IMG/VR virus record: IMGVR_UViG_3300022602_004807
Span: 3,753 to 67,752 of that record
Direction: 5' to 3' (one strand)
Length of the DNA: 64,000 bases
Source of the DNA: a virus
Positions 18,951 to 28,854 of this stretch are shown in pieces. The notes beneath the pieces are model-generated. The model ran no database searches. It saw only the letters and a list, made by a program, of their open reading frames with translations, and was not told the DNA's origin. The translations under genes and the position numbers were made by a program. Every line of letters begins with the position of its first letter. The stretch's first letter is position 1.

Positions 18951-20045
18951 TCAGACGCCAAGCATGCCAGCGATGGCGACGGGGACGCGGACGATGGTGC
19001 CCCATGTGCCGCTGGTCATCTTCTGCTGGAAAGAAGAAGCCTCCGGGACGATCTTCCCGGCGCGCATCTTCTCGTTGTAGGCGACGTAGGCGACCTTCTG
19101 GCCGTCAACCTCTTCAGCGATAAGCTGAATGGCGTTGCCGGCAGCCGAGTAGCCCTGCGAGTTCGAGGACTGCTGCAGGCCATACTGCGGAGCGAACTTG
19201 ACCTTGATGTTAGGCCATGAGGCTTCCAGCAGCTCGCGCACGGTCTTGCCGAAGGCGTTGGTGAAGCCGAGCACGCTCTGCAGCGTGGAAGGCAGAGCCA
19301 GCGTCATCGGGGTTTCGGCGGTCACGACACCGTTGGTCTGGACCATCAGCTTGTTGATGAGCGCCAGGAAGTCGTTATAGACCTCGTTCGCGGTCGCGCC
19401 GGGCGACGTGCCGTTGTACCAAGTCGTGCCGCCCCAAGCCTTCGTGGCTGGCGTCAGCCAAGAGGACAGGAACGGGTTGTTGAGCAGGCCGTAGTTCTGC
19501 AGGCCGGCGACCCCGAAGGCATACGAGAAGTTCGCATAGCGATTGAGGATGTTGGCGGCTGCGCGCTGCAGCTCACCCACATAGTTCAACTTCAGCAGCG
19601 CAGCGCGATCGGTTTCCAGATCCCCATAACGGATGAAGGTCTGGAACAGATAGCTCTGGAACTGCGGATAGTTGAAGTTGATGCCAGCGCGGCCGGACGT
19701 CGAGTAGTCCGAATAGCTGGACACCTCACCCGTCTCTTCCACGACCGGGAAGATGCGGGTCTGGTCAGTCCAGGTTCCTACCCGACGCTCTGCACCCACG
19801 ATCTCGGCCATGGCGAGCGGCCCGAAGATGACGCGGATCAGATCCGGGTCAACGGCGGTGGTCAGCATGGTCGGAATGGCCGAGTTCTGCGATGTCGTCA
19901 GAGTGCCGGCCTCTGCGTCCATGGCGAACCCGTCGAGGGCCATGTCGTCAGAGATGAAGGTGGTGACGCCGGGCAGATAAACGCCGGCCTGTTCCAGTGT
20001 CGGGCGGACCTTTTCCCATTCCGCGCGAGCTTCGAAGCGGTTCAT
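18951..20045 (-). CDS. Major capsid protein (DUF2184-like)
   Basis: AMDA, G.W, E.TG.V..Y.DY, YGLLNNP.L, QKMTSGTWG motifs; 364 aa. Confidence 0.9.
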   Translation of the reverse strand: MNRFEARAEWEKVRPTLEQAGVYLPGVTTFISDDMALDGFAMDAEAGTLTTSQNSAIPTMLTTAVDPDLIRVIFGPLAMAEIVGAERRVGTWTDQTRIFPVVEETGEVSSYSDYSTSGRAGINFNYPQFQSYLFQTFIRYGDLETDRAALLKLNYVGELQRAAANILNRYANFSYAFGVAGLQNYGLLNNPFLSSWLTPATKAWGGTTWYNGTSPGATANEVYNDFLALINKLMVQTNGVVTAETPMTLALPSTLQSVLGFTNAFGKTVRELLEASWPNIKVKFAPQYGLQQSSNSQGYSAAGNAIQLIAEEVDGQKVAYVAYNEKMRAGKIVPEASSFQQKMTSGTWGTIVRVPVAIAGMLGV

Positions 20046-20095
20046 TTGAGGATCTCCTAGGAATTAGCCGATGCGAAGCCCGGCTGTGTTGGGGG

Positions 20096-21085
20096 TTAGC
20101 TCAGCTGCGAGCCGAAGCCGGTGACCGGAGCCGAGATCTTGACGTGCTCACCCGCAGTTGCGGAATTGAGCGCGTACCAAGGCGTCTCGACGTTGGTGGC
20201 GACCACGACAGTGCCGGACGTTGCGGTGCCGATCGTCGTGAAGGCGTTCGGGCGCTGCAGAACGTACTTGTTCGTGGCGTACACCGAGGCGAGCAGCGCG
20301 CCGGCAATGGTGCCGGTGACAGTGCCGCTCGACGACACGACCACGTCGCCCAGCGCGATGGTGCCCGTGATCGAGCCACCCGATGCGTCGAGGACGAGAG
20401 GGGTGATCGTCAGGGTCGTGCTGGCGACGGTCTGCTCGGGAACGTCGACGTAGTAGGTGCCCACGCCGCCGGTGGTGCCCGAGATCTGCGCAAGGACCGA
20501 AGTTCCCGACACGACGCCGGTGCCCGACACAACCGCGCCAGGGAAGATCGTGCCGGACGCCACGGCCGAGACGGTCATGATGTTGCCGGTGATCGAACCA
20601 GTGGTGCTGGCCGCGGTGCCGTTGGCGATGGTGGACAGCGTAGCGCTGGCCGTGGTGGGAGCGCCTGCAGCCGCAAAGCTGATGGCACCGGTCGCAAAGG
20701 CCGCATAGGCCTTCATGCCGCGCAGGGCCTGAGCGGAGCCCTCGTTGACGACGATGAAGTCGCCGCCGGTCGCCAGCGCAACCGGCAGACCGGCCGGGAC
20801 CGTCATGCCCGCATAAGACAGGAAGGTCGTGTTGAGGCCCTGCTGATTGCGCAGCACAAGACCCGACACGTTGCCGGCGCCGCTGCTGTTGGCAACGGAT
20901 GGGCCATTGTTTGCGTCGAGGGGAGAAGTCACCCATGCGAAGCGACCAACGGTCACGCCGTTGGCACCTGCCACGAGACCGGCAGCGCCGACATCGAACA
21001 TCGAATAGGGGTTGAGGCTTGCGAAGTCACCAGCGACGCCAATGGCGGGCTGGCTGAAAACTTGCGTCTGGAATCCGCCAGTCAT
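20096..21085 (-). CDS. Capsid cement/decoration protein with inserted module(s)
   Basis: [32 protein letters not shown] motifs; precedes capsid gene. Confidence 0.8.
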   Translation of the reverse strand: MTGGFQTQVFSQPAIGVAGDFASLNPYSMFDVGAAGLVAGANGVTVGRFAWVTSPLDANNGPSVANSSGAGNVSGLVLRNQQGLNTTFLSYAGMTVPAGLPVALATGGDFIVVNEGSAQALRGMKAYAAFATGAISFAAAGAPTTASATLSTIANGTAASTTGSITGNIMTVSAVASGTIFPGAVVSGTGVVSGTSVLAQISGTTGGVGTYYVDVPEQTVASTTLTITPLVLDASGGSITGTIALGDVVVSSSGTVTGTIAGALLASVYATNKYVLQRPNAFTTIGTATSGTVVVATNVETPWYALNSATAGEHVKISAPVTGFGSQLS

Positions 21086-21124
21086 GGCTTATCTCCTTTG
21101 AATTGAAGTTGGATCGGGCCCGGA

Positions 21125-23197
21125 TTAGACGCCGATCTTGATACGCTTGAGGCCGGGAGCGATGGCCTCAGCAGCCGAACGGGCCGAAGAGTCCATGGCC
21201 ATCGAAGTCGTGGCCTGGGTGCGCTGGCCGGGCTTCGGTGTCACTTCGAGGATCTTGCGATAGGCAGAGGGATGAACACCTTCGGTCGAGATGTTCAGGC
21301 CCTTCAGAGCCGCGCCGTAAACCTCTTCGGCGGAGTCGAAAGCCATTGCGGAGAGCTCGCCCACATAGGGGCGCACAAACGTCTTGGCCTCGTAGATGGC
21401 CGCCTGAATGCGACGCTCTTCGGAACGGGCTGCCTGGATCTTGCGATCAATGGCCGCCTCGTCAAAAGCGTGCCGGCTGTCGTGAGCGCGGCGGTCTTCC
21501 ATGCCTGATTCCTCCTCGTCCTCATCGTCCTCGTCTTCCGCCTTACGCTCGGCTTCGAGCATGTCGCAGGCGGCCTTGAAATCTTCTGCGCCGAGCTTCT
21601 TCTTCAGCCACTCGTGCAGGCCATCAGGATCGGAATCGCGGGCCTTGCGATCAGCCATGCGCTTCTCGTCACGCGCCTTGCGATCGGATGCGTGCTTGGC
21701 GTCGCGGGCCTTCTTGTCTTCGGCTTCCTTGCGCTCGGTCTCTTCGGCCTCATCCTTGGCCTTCCGGTCGCGGGCGCGCTTGTCCTCGGCCTCATTCTCT
21801 TCGCGTTCCTTGCGCCCTTCCTCTTCGTCACGAGCGCGCTTGTCCTTGGCCTCCTCGTCGAGAGCGAGGATGGCTTCGATGCCTTCGAGGGTCTGGTTGG
21901 GAGCGAGACGCGGCTTGATGAACGCCGAGAGTGCGTTCACGAGACGCGCCGGTGCGGCGGTGGTCATGTTCTGTGTCTCCTGATTATCGCCGATGGAACT
22001 GTTCGACCCGGCGTGGCCGATCTCTTTCCGGTCTTCGTTGAAGCCCGTGATGCTGTCTGCGACCATCGCGCCCTGAACGCGGGGCTCAGGGATGATCGCC
22101 AGATGGTTGCCTTCGATCTTGAGCATCCGCCCGTCGTAGCGGGTGCCGTCCGGGGCATTGCCCGGCGTCATGTCCGCCTCATAGCGATAGCCACAGCTCA
22201 GGCCACGGCGCTCGCCGGTCTCGATGCCGCGAATGGCCTCTGCATCCCAAATGGTCAGAGGGGCGAACAGGGTATCGCCATCGAACTCGAGCGGGCCGCC
22301 GATGGCTCCCACCGTGATGTCGCGGGGATGGTCATCGGCCGTGCTGGGTTTGTGTCGCAGCAGCACCGGCTTGCCGATGAAGCTGTCAGCGCCCTTCCTC
22401 AGCTCTTCGAGGTCCCGGTAGAGGCCATATTTTCTCTCCGGATCCAGTCCGAAACGCTGCCAGCCGTTGATCTCCCGGCCGTAGTAGTCTGAGACCACAG
22501 CTCGGGTGATGGGGGTGCGGGCGATGTGGAGATGCCCATCCTTGTCAGTGGTGCGGACGGAACCGAATTCATCGCAGGCCAACGGGGCTTCGTCGCTGGC
22601 GCAGTCCCCGGACATTGTTTGAAGATGATCGCGTAACTTGCCGAGATTGTCTTTGACGGACGGGTGCATCGGCTGAGGTAGATCGGTGAGACCAGCCCAT
22701 TTGTAGGCTGAATGCTCATCATTCAGTTTCGGCTCAAACTCGCTACCGACGCGCTTCAGGAAAGTTCGAAAGGTAAATCCATTCGGCGTCCGTCGTTCAT
22801 CAAGAAGGGTTTTTCCGCCTGGCGGATGAACCCCAATCTCTTCTGTTGCTTCACGATCTGCGGCTTCTTCGGGGGACTCGCCTTTTTCAGCCTTTCCGCC
22901 AGGCAATGCCCAATGACCAGCGTAATTTTCTTCTTTATCGCTGCGCTTCAGTAAGAGAACCCGTCCCTCTGGGGAGACGAAAACAATACCAGCAGCGTGT
23001 TTCCCTTGGTCTCCTTGGGCATCCTTCGCCCCAGAATGCTCCGGCTCTTCGGATTCCTCGAACAAGAACTTGATCAGGCCGCGCAGGAGGCCCTTCCAGT
23101 CGCCGGGCGACATATCCTGGGCCCGCTTCTTGGCGAGCAGCGCAGGCATGGCGCTATTGCCCGCCGTCGACGCGCCAGCGGTCACGGGAATGTCCAT
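21125..23197 (-). CDS. NUDIX + DUF2213 prohead protease/scaffold fusion
   Basis: Nudix box PGGKAEKGESPEEAADREATEEIG; DUF2213 motifs (Y.GREI, LS.GY, GNHLAI..PR); charged scaffold-like C-terminus. Confidence 0.88.
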   Translation of the reverse strand: MDIPVTAGASTAGNSAMPALLAKKRAQDMSPGDWKGLLRGLIKFLFEESEEPEHSGAKDAQGDQGKHAAGIVFVSPEGRVLLLKRSDKEENYAGHWALPGGKAEKGESPEEAADREATEEIGVHPPGGKTLLDERRTPNGFTFRTFLKRVGSEFEPKLNDEHSAYKWAGLTDLPQPMHPSVKDNLGKLRDHLQTMSGDCASDEAPLACDEFGSVRTTDKDGHLHIARTPITRAVVSDYYGREINGWQRFGLDPERKYGLYRDLEELRKGADSFIGKPVLLRHKPSTADDHPRDITVGAIGGPLEFDGDTLFAPLTIWDAEAIRGIETGERRGLSCGYRYEADMTPGNAPDGTRYDGRMLKIEGNHLAIIPEPRVQGAMVADSITGFNEDRKEIGHAGSNSSIGDNQETQNMTTAAPARLVNALSAFIKPRLAPNQTLEGIEAILALDEEAKDKRARDEEEGRKEREENEAEDKRARDRKAKDEAEETERKEAEDKKARDAKHASDRKARDEKRMADRKARDSDPDGLHEWLKKKLGAEDFKAACDMLEAERKAEDEDDEDEEESGMEDRRAHDSRHAFDEAAIDRKIQAARSEERRIQAAIYEAKTFVRPYVGELSAMAFDSAEEVYGAALKGLNISTEGVHPSAYRKILEVTPKPGQRTQATTSMAMDSSARSAAEAIAPGLKRIKIGV

Positions 23198-23262
23198 GTT
23201 GAGGCACCTGTTGATGGGGTGTGGGTGTCGCGCTATCGTCCGCGCCTCTTGAGGAGGCCGGG

Positions 23263-23496
23263 ATGATCTACGCGGTGTTCATGTGCATGTATTGGGCGGG
23301 GCGGCCGGAGCTGAACTCCTGCTCGATCCATAGCCCGACCTTCAGCGAGGCTGATCAGTGCCAGCAGTTTCTATGGCGGCTGCGGTCATCACCCGTAGAT
23401 GCGAAGTTCGAAGGCACCGTGCGCATTGACGGGATCAGCCGAACAATCAAATACGAATGCAAAGGCCGTGCGCCGGAATGGCAGAACGTCGACTAA
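23263..23496 (+). CDS. Small Cys-containing protein, opposite to head operon (moron-like)
   Basis: GAGGAGG RBS before ATG 23263; 77 aa; hydrophobic N-terminus; 4 Cys; fills the intergenic gap. Confidence 0.6.
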   Translation: MIYAVFMCMYWAGRPELNSCSIHSPTFSEADQCQQFLWRLRSSPVDAKFEGTVRIDGISRTIKYECKGRAPEWQNVD

Positions 23497-24377
23497 CGCA
23501 CCTTTACGCCGGGAAGCACTGGCCGGCAGACGCAACGGCAGTTGATCTCGGTGCCAGGCCAGATCCTCTTGCCGCCCAGAGCCGGGTCCGCCCAGCCCTC
23601 AGCGACGTTGAACCGAACCTTGTCCTTACCGGCCTTCACATGCGACGGCCGTGGTGTCTTGCCACCAGCCGAGTGCATCCAGATGGCTTCCTCGATCCCG
23701 GTCTCCAAATAGCGGGTGCGCTGGAGCATGGCCGAGGCCTTGTTGTTCTGGTCCCGAGCGATCAGGTTGGCGCGGCGCTTTTCCACGCCCAGCTGCTTCT
23801 GCAAGTCGCCGGATAGCTGCTTCAGGTCGCGCCCGGTCTGGACCGAGCGCATCACCATCCCCTCGACCTTGCCAAGGTATTGCTGAGGGATGGATTTGAT
23901 CAGGCTGACATTCTCGTTGACGATGGCATTCACCACGTCCCGTTGCGCCCGGGTCAGTTTCCATTCAACCGAAAAGCCGCCTTCTTTCAGGATCCGCTTC
24001 AGCTGTGCGTCTGTGCGATCGGCAGAGGCTGTGGCGAAATAGTCCGCCAGGTTCTCAGACGCCTTCGTGAATCGCGCCATCCACTTGCGGACAAGGTTTC
24101 GGATCACCTTTCGAAGTGCCTCGGAGGCCAGATCATCCTGCGCCAGCTCGATGACCTCCGGAGGGGTCGACCGATATGCCTTGGCGATTTCCTTCTGCAC
24201 GTCCGTGCCCATCGCGTCGAGCAGGTCATGGAGCTTCTTGCGATAGGCGGCGGCGATCCCTGCGTTGGCGCGGGGTGCTCGTCCGATCTTTTCGAGCCGA
24301 GCAGGCTTGGTGTCGTAGGCCAGATCCTCGACCTCGACAGGCGACCCGAACAGCTCGTCAAAGTTGAAGTCGATCAA
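23493..24377 (-). CDS. Minor head protein (SPP1 gp7/Mu F-like)
   Basis: RA.LIARDQ, W.H, R.SH, PG.EINCRC motifs. Confidence 0.9.
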   Translation of the reverse strand: MIDFNFDELFGSPVEVEDLAYDTKPARLEKIGRAPRANAGIAAAYRKKLHDLLDAMGTDVQKEIAKAYRSTPPEVIELAQDDLASEALRKVIRNLVRKWMARFTKASENLADYFATASADRTDAQLKRILKEGGFSVEWKLTRAQRDVVNAIVNENVSLIKSIPQQYLGKVEGMVMRSVQTGRDLKQLSGDLQKQLGVEKRRANLIARDQNNKASAMLQRTRYLETGIEEAIWMHSAGGKTPRPSHVKAGKDKVRFNVAEGWADPALGGKRIWPGTEINCRCVCRPVLPGVKVR

Positions 24378-25915
24378 GCGCGACCTTCCCCACTGCCTGT
24401 CGGCTCAAGCCCTTCCTCCTCTTCTTCAAGAAGATCAGGCATGTCATCGGGATCCAGCCCATCATAGGGAGACTCTGGATCATTGGCCAGCCGGGTGCGG
24501 ACCTCCTCCGGAGAGATGGCCCCCATGTCGACATAGGCTTGATCTGTGCGCCCGCGCGCTTCGATGATCTCGGACAACTGCTTGGCGTCCAATTCCCAGA
24601 GAGGCTTGAACTTCCAAGATATTTCGTGGTCGATCTCGTTGAACAGCGAAAGCTGAACAAAGTCGATGATCGTCTGCAGGATCGGCCGCAATTGCGAATG
24701 CTGGTCAGCCGAGATCCGGTCGTAATACATTCGAATGGCGCCCTCAGACGAGGCATTAAGCCCCGCTGGCTGGTCGCCCACGAACTTCACCAGCGGGATG
24801 CCAAAGGCCGTCGCCACATGCTCCAGCGCCTGCTGCTGGAGGGTATCCAGCGTCCCCAGAGGGGCCGAGACATTCTTGAAATCCTCACGGTCCTTGTCCA
24901 GAACCATCAGGCCGCGATTGTCACGCCAGTTCAGGAATAGATTGACGCGCTTTTCCAGCTCCTCCGCGCCGCCGGTCTGCACCTGCTCCGACATATCCGT
25001 CGACAGCACATAGGTCGTAAAGGCAGCGATGATGTCGCCCACACCGTCACGGGATTTCAGCCAGATGTCGACTGCATCCTTTGCGAGCTGCGTCAACGGC
25101 AGGCCGCCGAAGTTATAGCTCGGCTTCAGCATGTCCGGGACAGGCCGTGAGATGAAGGGAATGAACCGGCTGCTGTGGATAGCCTGGCCCATCACGTACC
25201 ACATGGTCGGGCTGTACCAGTCTTTTCGAAGCGGGTTGCTGGCGTTGTAGCTTTGCGCAGCAGTCCAGACCGGCTCGATGACTTTGACCCCAATCAGGGG
25301 GTGTTTCTTGCTGACCTTGCTCTTGCTCAGGCTATCACGCCCATTGCCGATTGAGGTCTCCAGCTCTTTTGGATCATCACCATTGCCGGTGTCGAGATAG
25401 AGATGCGCGCGGCCGAAAAAGCCGTCCGTCCGGATCAGGGAGAACAGGTGATCTTGAACCCGCATCTCCTGCAGCTTCTCTTCGATGGCTGCGATCTTTT
25501 CGCTTTTGGCTTCGTCACCCGTGGCTTCGAACTCGATCCATGCCCGGGTCATGTCGCCGGCAATGGTATCGACGCCACGGCGGTATTCAGACCGCTGAGC
25601 CATGTCGGACAAAAACGGATAGCCGAGGAACGTCAGCCCCTCAGAGGCCCGCATTCCTGCTATAGCCCATGCGAGATAGTTTGGCGCCGGACTCTCGTCC
25701 ATGGCCATTTGATCGTCTTTTGCAGGACGAACGCCGGGCATGGGTTTGAAGGGCGTGAACACCCGAGCCGGGTCGATTTTGAAGCGGCGACCGCTGCGCT
25801 CAATGAGCTCGTCAAGTATGAGCGAGAAGGAGCGAGGCCGCTGCACGACCGCAGGCTCAATCTGCTTTGCCGCGGCTGCTGCGCGCCGGGTCCGTGCGTT
25901 CAGTTTACCGGCCAA
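24374..25915 (-). CDS. Portal protein (DUF1073-like)
   Basis: FLGYP.L, IH.SR, IPLVK..G..P.GLNASSEG motifs; follows terL. Confidence 0.9.
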   Translation of the reverse strand: MAGKLNARTRRAAAAAKQIEPAVVQRPRSFSLILDELIERSGRRFKIDPARVFTPFKPMPGVRPAKDDQMAMDESPAPNYLAWAIAGMRASEGLTFLGYPFLSDMAQRSEYRRGVDTIAGDMTRAWIEFEATGDEAKSEKIAAIEEKLQEMRVQDHLFSLIRTDGFFGRAHLYLDTGNGDDPKELETSIGNGRDSLSKSKVSKKHPLIGVKVIEPVWTAAQSYNASNPLRKDWYSPTMWYVMGQAIHSSRFIPFISRPVPDMLKPSYNFGGLPLTQLAKDAVDIWLKSRDGVGDIIAAFTTYVLSTDMSEQVQTGGAEELEKRVNLFLNWRDNRGLMVLDKDREDFKNVSAPLGTLDTLQQQALEHVATAFGIPLVKFVGDQPAGLNASSEGAIRMYYDRISADQHSQLRPILQTIIDFVQLSLFNEIDHEISWKFKPLWELDAKQLSEIIEARGRTDQAYVDMGAISPEEVRTRLANDPESPYDGLDPDDMPDLLEEEEEGLEPTGSGEGRA

Positions 25916-27344
25916 AGCGACGGCCCCCTGTAGGTGATGGCATGGCTGACTTCATGAGCAGATCGTCGCTGATCTTCATGGGAGCCCGCCGTTCGTTCAA
26001 GACATTGAAGGCCCGCGATAAAGCGTCGACCTGGTCGTCATAAGTGCCGAGCGGAAAGTTTCGCAGCTCATGTACGAAACTGTTGTTCCATTCGGCACGT
26101 TGCATAAAGACATGACCGACATTGACTTGCGCCGCCACAGGCTCTGCGCGCGTGACCTTGTCGCCGGTGTCTGGCGTAGCAGTGACCGAGTAGCCGGCCA
26201 ATCTGCGGATCAAGTAATTGCTTTGCGATTTGCCGGCTTGACCGGGATCTTGTGGGATCGAGATTTTGACCTTTTTCCCATCGCGCAATGCCGCTGATGT
26301 GATGGCTGCCTCAACGACTTCCGGTCGACCCTGCAAACGGATGATGTCCATGACCACGCATCGACTATCAGGCAGTTGCGCCAGCAATAGGCCGACCGTC
26401 CAGTCGCCATCGTTTTCGGTGGCAGCCAGATCCCATGCCCGCAGAAACTTGGCTCCCTCCATGGGGCCGTCGTAAATGCCGATCATGTCAGGCTTGAACA
26501 CTGCACCTTCAGCTGGCGTTGGCCGCTGCTGGTACTGTCCGGAGAACGTGTAGGGCGCTGCCATTTCCATGCGGCGCAGGTCTTCGACCGAATGCTTTTC
26601 TGGCCACAAAGAGGTGCCGTCAGGCTGCAGGGCGGGCAGACAGATATGATCCCACTGCTCGCCATTGCCTCCAGCCAGGAGCCAGCCCGCCAGATCCTCC
26701 TCGTGCAGCCTCTGCATGATCAGGATGATCGGCGTGTCAGGCGAATTCTTTCTGCTTTCCAGCGTGTTCTGGAACCACTCGATGACGCCCTTGCGGATGC
26801 CCTCCGAGCGCGCTTCATCCGCCTTGTGCGGATCGTCGATGATGATGGCGCCAGCAAAGCCGGGACGCATCTTGCCCGCGCCGTAGCCGGTGATCGTGCC
26901 ACCAGCGCCCACCGCATAGACGCAGCCACCTGCCAAAGTGCGCCACTCATCTCGGCCGCCGACATCCGTGCGAAGTCTGGCCTCTGGGAAGATCTGCGCA
27001 TATTCGGGCGTCATGGCCATTTCGCGGGTTTTCCACGAATTGGTCCCAGCCAAGCGGCCGGAGTAGCTGGTGTGAATGAACTCGGCGTCAGGCACCTTGC
27101 CGAGCGACCAGCTCATGAAGTTGATGACCGCGAGCTCCGTCTTGGAGAAGCGCGGTGGGATGTTGATGATCAGCCTCTTGCGGCGCCCGTGGAAGACATC
27201 CTCCAGCGCCCGGCAGATGATCGGGTGGTGTCCGGCCCTCAGCCACTTCCCGCCTGTGCGGGCTTGAAACATATAGCGGGAGTAGAAGTACAGATCCTCT
27301 CGGGCAAGGGCAGCAGTGACGAACCGCTCCTCGTCAGACTTCAT
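25905..27344 (-). CDS. terL: Terminase large subunit
   Basis: INIPPRFSKT Walker A, IIIDDPHK Walker B, QRLHEEDL, AWDLA, DDQVDA nuclease motifs. Confidence 0.95.
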   Translation of the reverse strand: MKSDEERFVTAALAREDLYFYSRYMFQARTGGKWLRAGHHPIICRALEDVFHGRRKRLIINIPPRFSKTELAVINFMSWSLGKVPDAEFIHTSYSGRLAGTNSWKTREMAMTPEYAQIFPEARLRTDVGGRDEWRTLAGGCVYAVGAGGTITGYGAGKMRPGFAGAIIIDDPHKADEARSEGIRKGVIEWFQNTLESRKNSPDTPIILIMQRLHEEDLAGWLLAGGNGEQWDHICLPALQPDGTSLWPEKHSVEDLRRMEMAAPYTFSGQYQQRPTPAEGAVFKPDMIGIYDGPMEGAKFLRAWDLAATENDGDWTVGLLLAQLPDSRCVVMDIIRLQGRPEVVEAAITSAALRDGKKVKISIPQDPGQAGKSQSNYLIRRLAGYSVTATPDTGDKVTRAEPVAAQVNVGHVFMQRAEWNNSFVHELRNFPLGTYDDQVDALSRAFNVLNERRAPMKISDDLLMKSAMPSPTGGRRFGR

Positions 27345-27819
27345 CGACCACCTTTTTGGCGATCTCTGCGAAGCTCTCGATGGTGAGCCCCGGCGGCGCG
27401 ATCAGCGTCGTCACGGTGCCGTTGAGGGTCGCGTTGATGTCTTGGGTCGGTTCCTTCCACCCGGCGCGGCACTTCAGCCAGAAGATCGCTGCGGTGACGG
27501 CGTTGGCGTGGTTGCCTGTCGCCTTGTTGTAGAGGCTACGGGCGACCATGGCATTGGCCTGCACGTCAGCGGTCTCCAGTATGTCTCGGTAGTGCTTGTA
27601 GAGCGTGGGGACAGAGATCCCGATGACCTTGGCAATCAGCTCGCGGCGAATGCCGCCGATGACCATGGTCTTGACCTGGGCCTTGCTGTCATCTGTCGGC
27701 TTGTGCATCGGACGGCCTTCAGGGTTCTTTGGCTTTGAATGGTCAGGCCGACGGCGAATCTTGGGTCTATTGGGATTATCGAGGTAATCCTCTGGCCCGA
27801 GTTGCTTACGATTGGCCAT
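27334..27819 (-). CDS. terS: Terminase small subunit
   Basis: HTH (IAKVIGISVPTLYKHY), AAIFWLK.RAGW motif; upstream of terL. Confidence 0.85.
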   Translation of the reverse strand: MANRKQLGPEDYLDNPNRPKIRRRPDHSKPKNPEGRPMHKPTDDSKAQVKTMVIGGIRRELIAKVIGISVPTLYKHYRDILETADVQANAMVARSLYNKATGNHANAVTAAIFWLKCRAGWKEPTQDINATLNGTVTTLIAPPGLTIESFAEIAKKVVDEV

Positions 27820-27876
27820 TTATGCTTTCGCTTTGCTATGTTAGTATTATCTCCCACAGTAAAGACGGGAGATGTG

Positions 27877-28347
27877 ATGAAGGATTACAATGGTTTTTCT
27901 GCCGATCAACGTAACCGCGCGCAGCGTTGGCTGAACGTCCAATGGGCAGCCGGGACACTTCCCCGGCCCACCAAATGCGTTGCCTGCGGTCAGGATGAAG
28001 GCATCATCGACGCCCATGCGGAGGACTATTCAGAGCCCTTCCGCGCAGGCGTCACCGATGGCTTCCACCTCTGCTTTGCGTGCCACATGATGGTCCATTG
28101 TCGGCATCGCAATCAGCTCAGGTGGTCTCAGTATCGCGCAACCGTGGAGGAAGGTTTCAAGACCCTCCCCTACCACAGCCGAAACTGGCCTCGCTTTCAG
28201 CGCGAGATCCTGACCGGCCCGTTGCGTCGGGAGCTGTTCACCTCGGTTGCGCGGGTTGAACGGCTTGCCCTGTATGAGATCGAACTATCTCAGGACGAGG
28301 TAGCTCAGCGCCTTGGAGCGCGTCACCTCGCGGTAGCGGGGCGATAG
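27877..28347 (+). CDS. HNH-type/zinc-binding protein
   Basis: CVAC...AH.EDYS.P...LCFACH..VH; GGGAG RBS. Confidence 0.65.
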   Translation: MKDYNGFSADQRNRAQRWLNVQWAAGTLPRPTKCVACGQDEGIIDAHAEDYSEPFRAGVTDGFHLCFACHMMVHCRHRNQLRWSQYRATVEEGFKTLPYHSRNWPRFQREILTGPLRRELFTSVARVERLALYEIELSQDEVAQRLGARHLAVAGR

Positions 28348-28854
28348 CAGGGTGACCTCATCATCAATGCTTCGGAGGGGGTTGGTTGCCCTCTCCGAAG
28401 CCACCCGGCCTTCGAGAAAGATCTCTCTCAGGCCGGATGCTGCAAGCAGTTCCACAAAGGCCCTTCCGCCCTCCAGATCGTAGCCCCACAGTTCGGGCAG
28501 CACCCGGCGGGCGATCATGGTCTTGGGCCGCGAGACCGTCAGGATCTTCTCAAGATCAGGCAGTGTGTCCTTGTTGACCGACAGGACATGGAAGCGCATG
28601 GGGACGCCCGCCTCGACAGCGGCCTCCACGACCTTGGCGTCAGCATCTATCCCGGCGCAGGCAAGGCCACCTGCCTCCATCGCGATCCTTGCCCCCAGCA
28701 GGCCGTAGGAGCAGCCCAGATCGAGCAGGAAGCTGCCGCGCATGTTGGCCAGCGCGAAGTCGGTCATGGCGTTGTGGATGGCAGGCCACTGGCCCTGGAG
28801 CTGCCATGCCCGCAGGTACTCGGGCGAGTTGAAGCGGGTCGATTGGCGGGTCAC
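28285..28854 (-). CDS. Class I SAM-dependent methyltransferase
   Basis: LLDLGCSYG motif I, GID.D; GTG start overlaps upstream stop (GTGA). Confidence 0.75.
   Translation of the reverse strand: MTRQSTRFNSPEYLRAWQLQGQWPAIHNAMTDFALANMRGSFLLDLGCSYGLLGARIAMEAGGLACAGIDADAKVVEAAVEAGVPMRFHVLSVNKDTLPDLEKILTVSRPKTMIARRVLPELWGYDLEGGRAFVELLAASGLREIFLEGRVASERATNPLRSIDDEVTLLSPRYREVTRSKALSYLVLR

Noticed and set aside
5110-20606. Repeated module as intein or DGR template/variable repeat
   Set aside because: No Hint motifs (N-terminal Cys with C-terminal HN), no reverse transcriptase, and copies are diverged at all positions rather than at adenines only
3897-20977. CTGCCACG at 3897 and 20968 (also GTGCCACG ~51158 and CGTGGCAG 62822)
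   Set aside because: Inside coding sequence with no adjacent RBS/start or clear stem; plausible chance hits in high-GC DNA
13842-21106. Long alternative-frame or antisense ORFs (13842-14855, 14865-16046, 19997-21106 and similar)
   Set aside because: Arg/His/Pro-rich shadows of high-GC genes; no RBS or motifs
21480-21860. KRARD/DRKARD repeats in the DUF2213 protein
   Set aside because: Ordinary low-complexity charged scaffold region
24374-25915. DUF1073 proteins are sometimes auto-labelled anti-CBASS Acb1
   Set aside because: Position after terL, size and motifs indicate the portal; no 2H-phosphodiesterase HxT/S motif pair recognised
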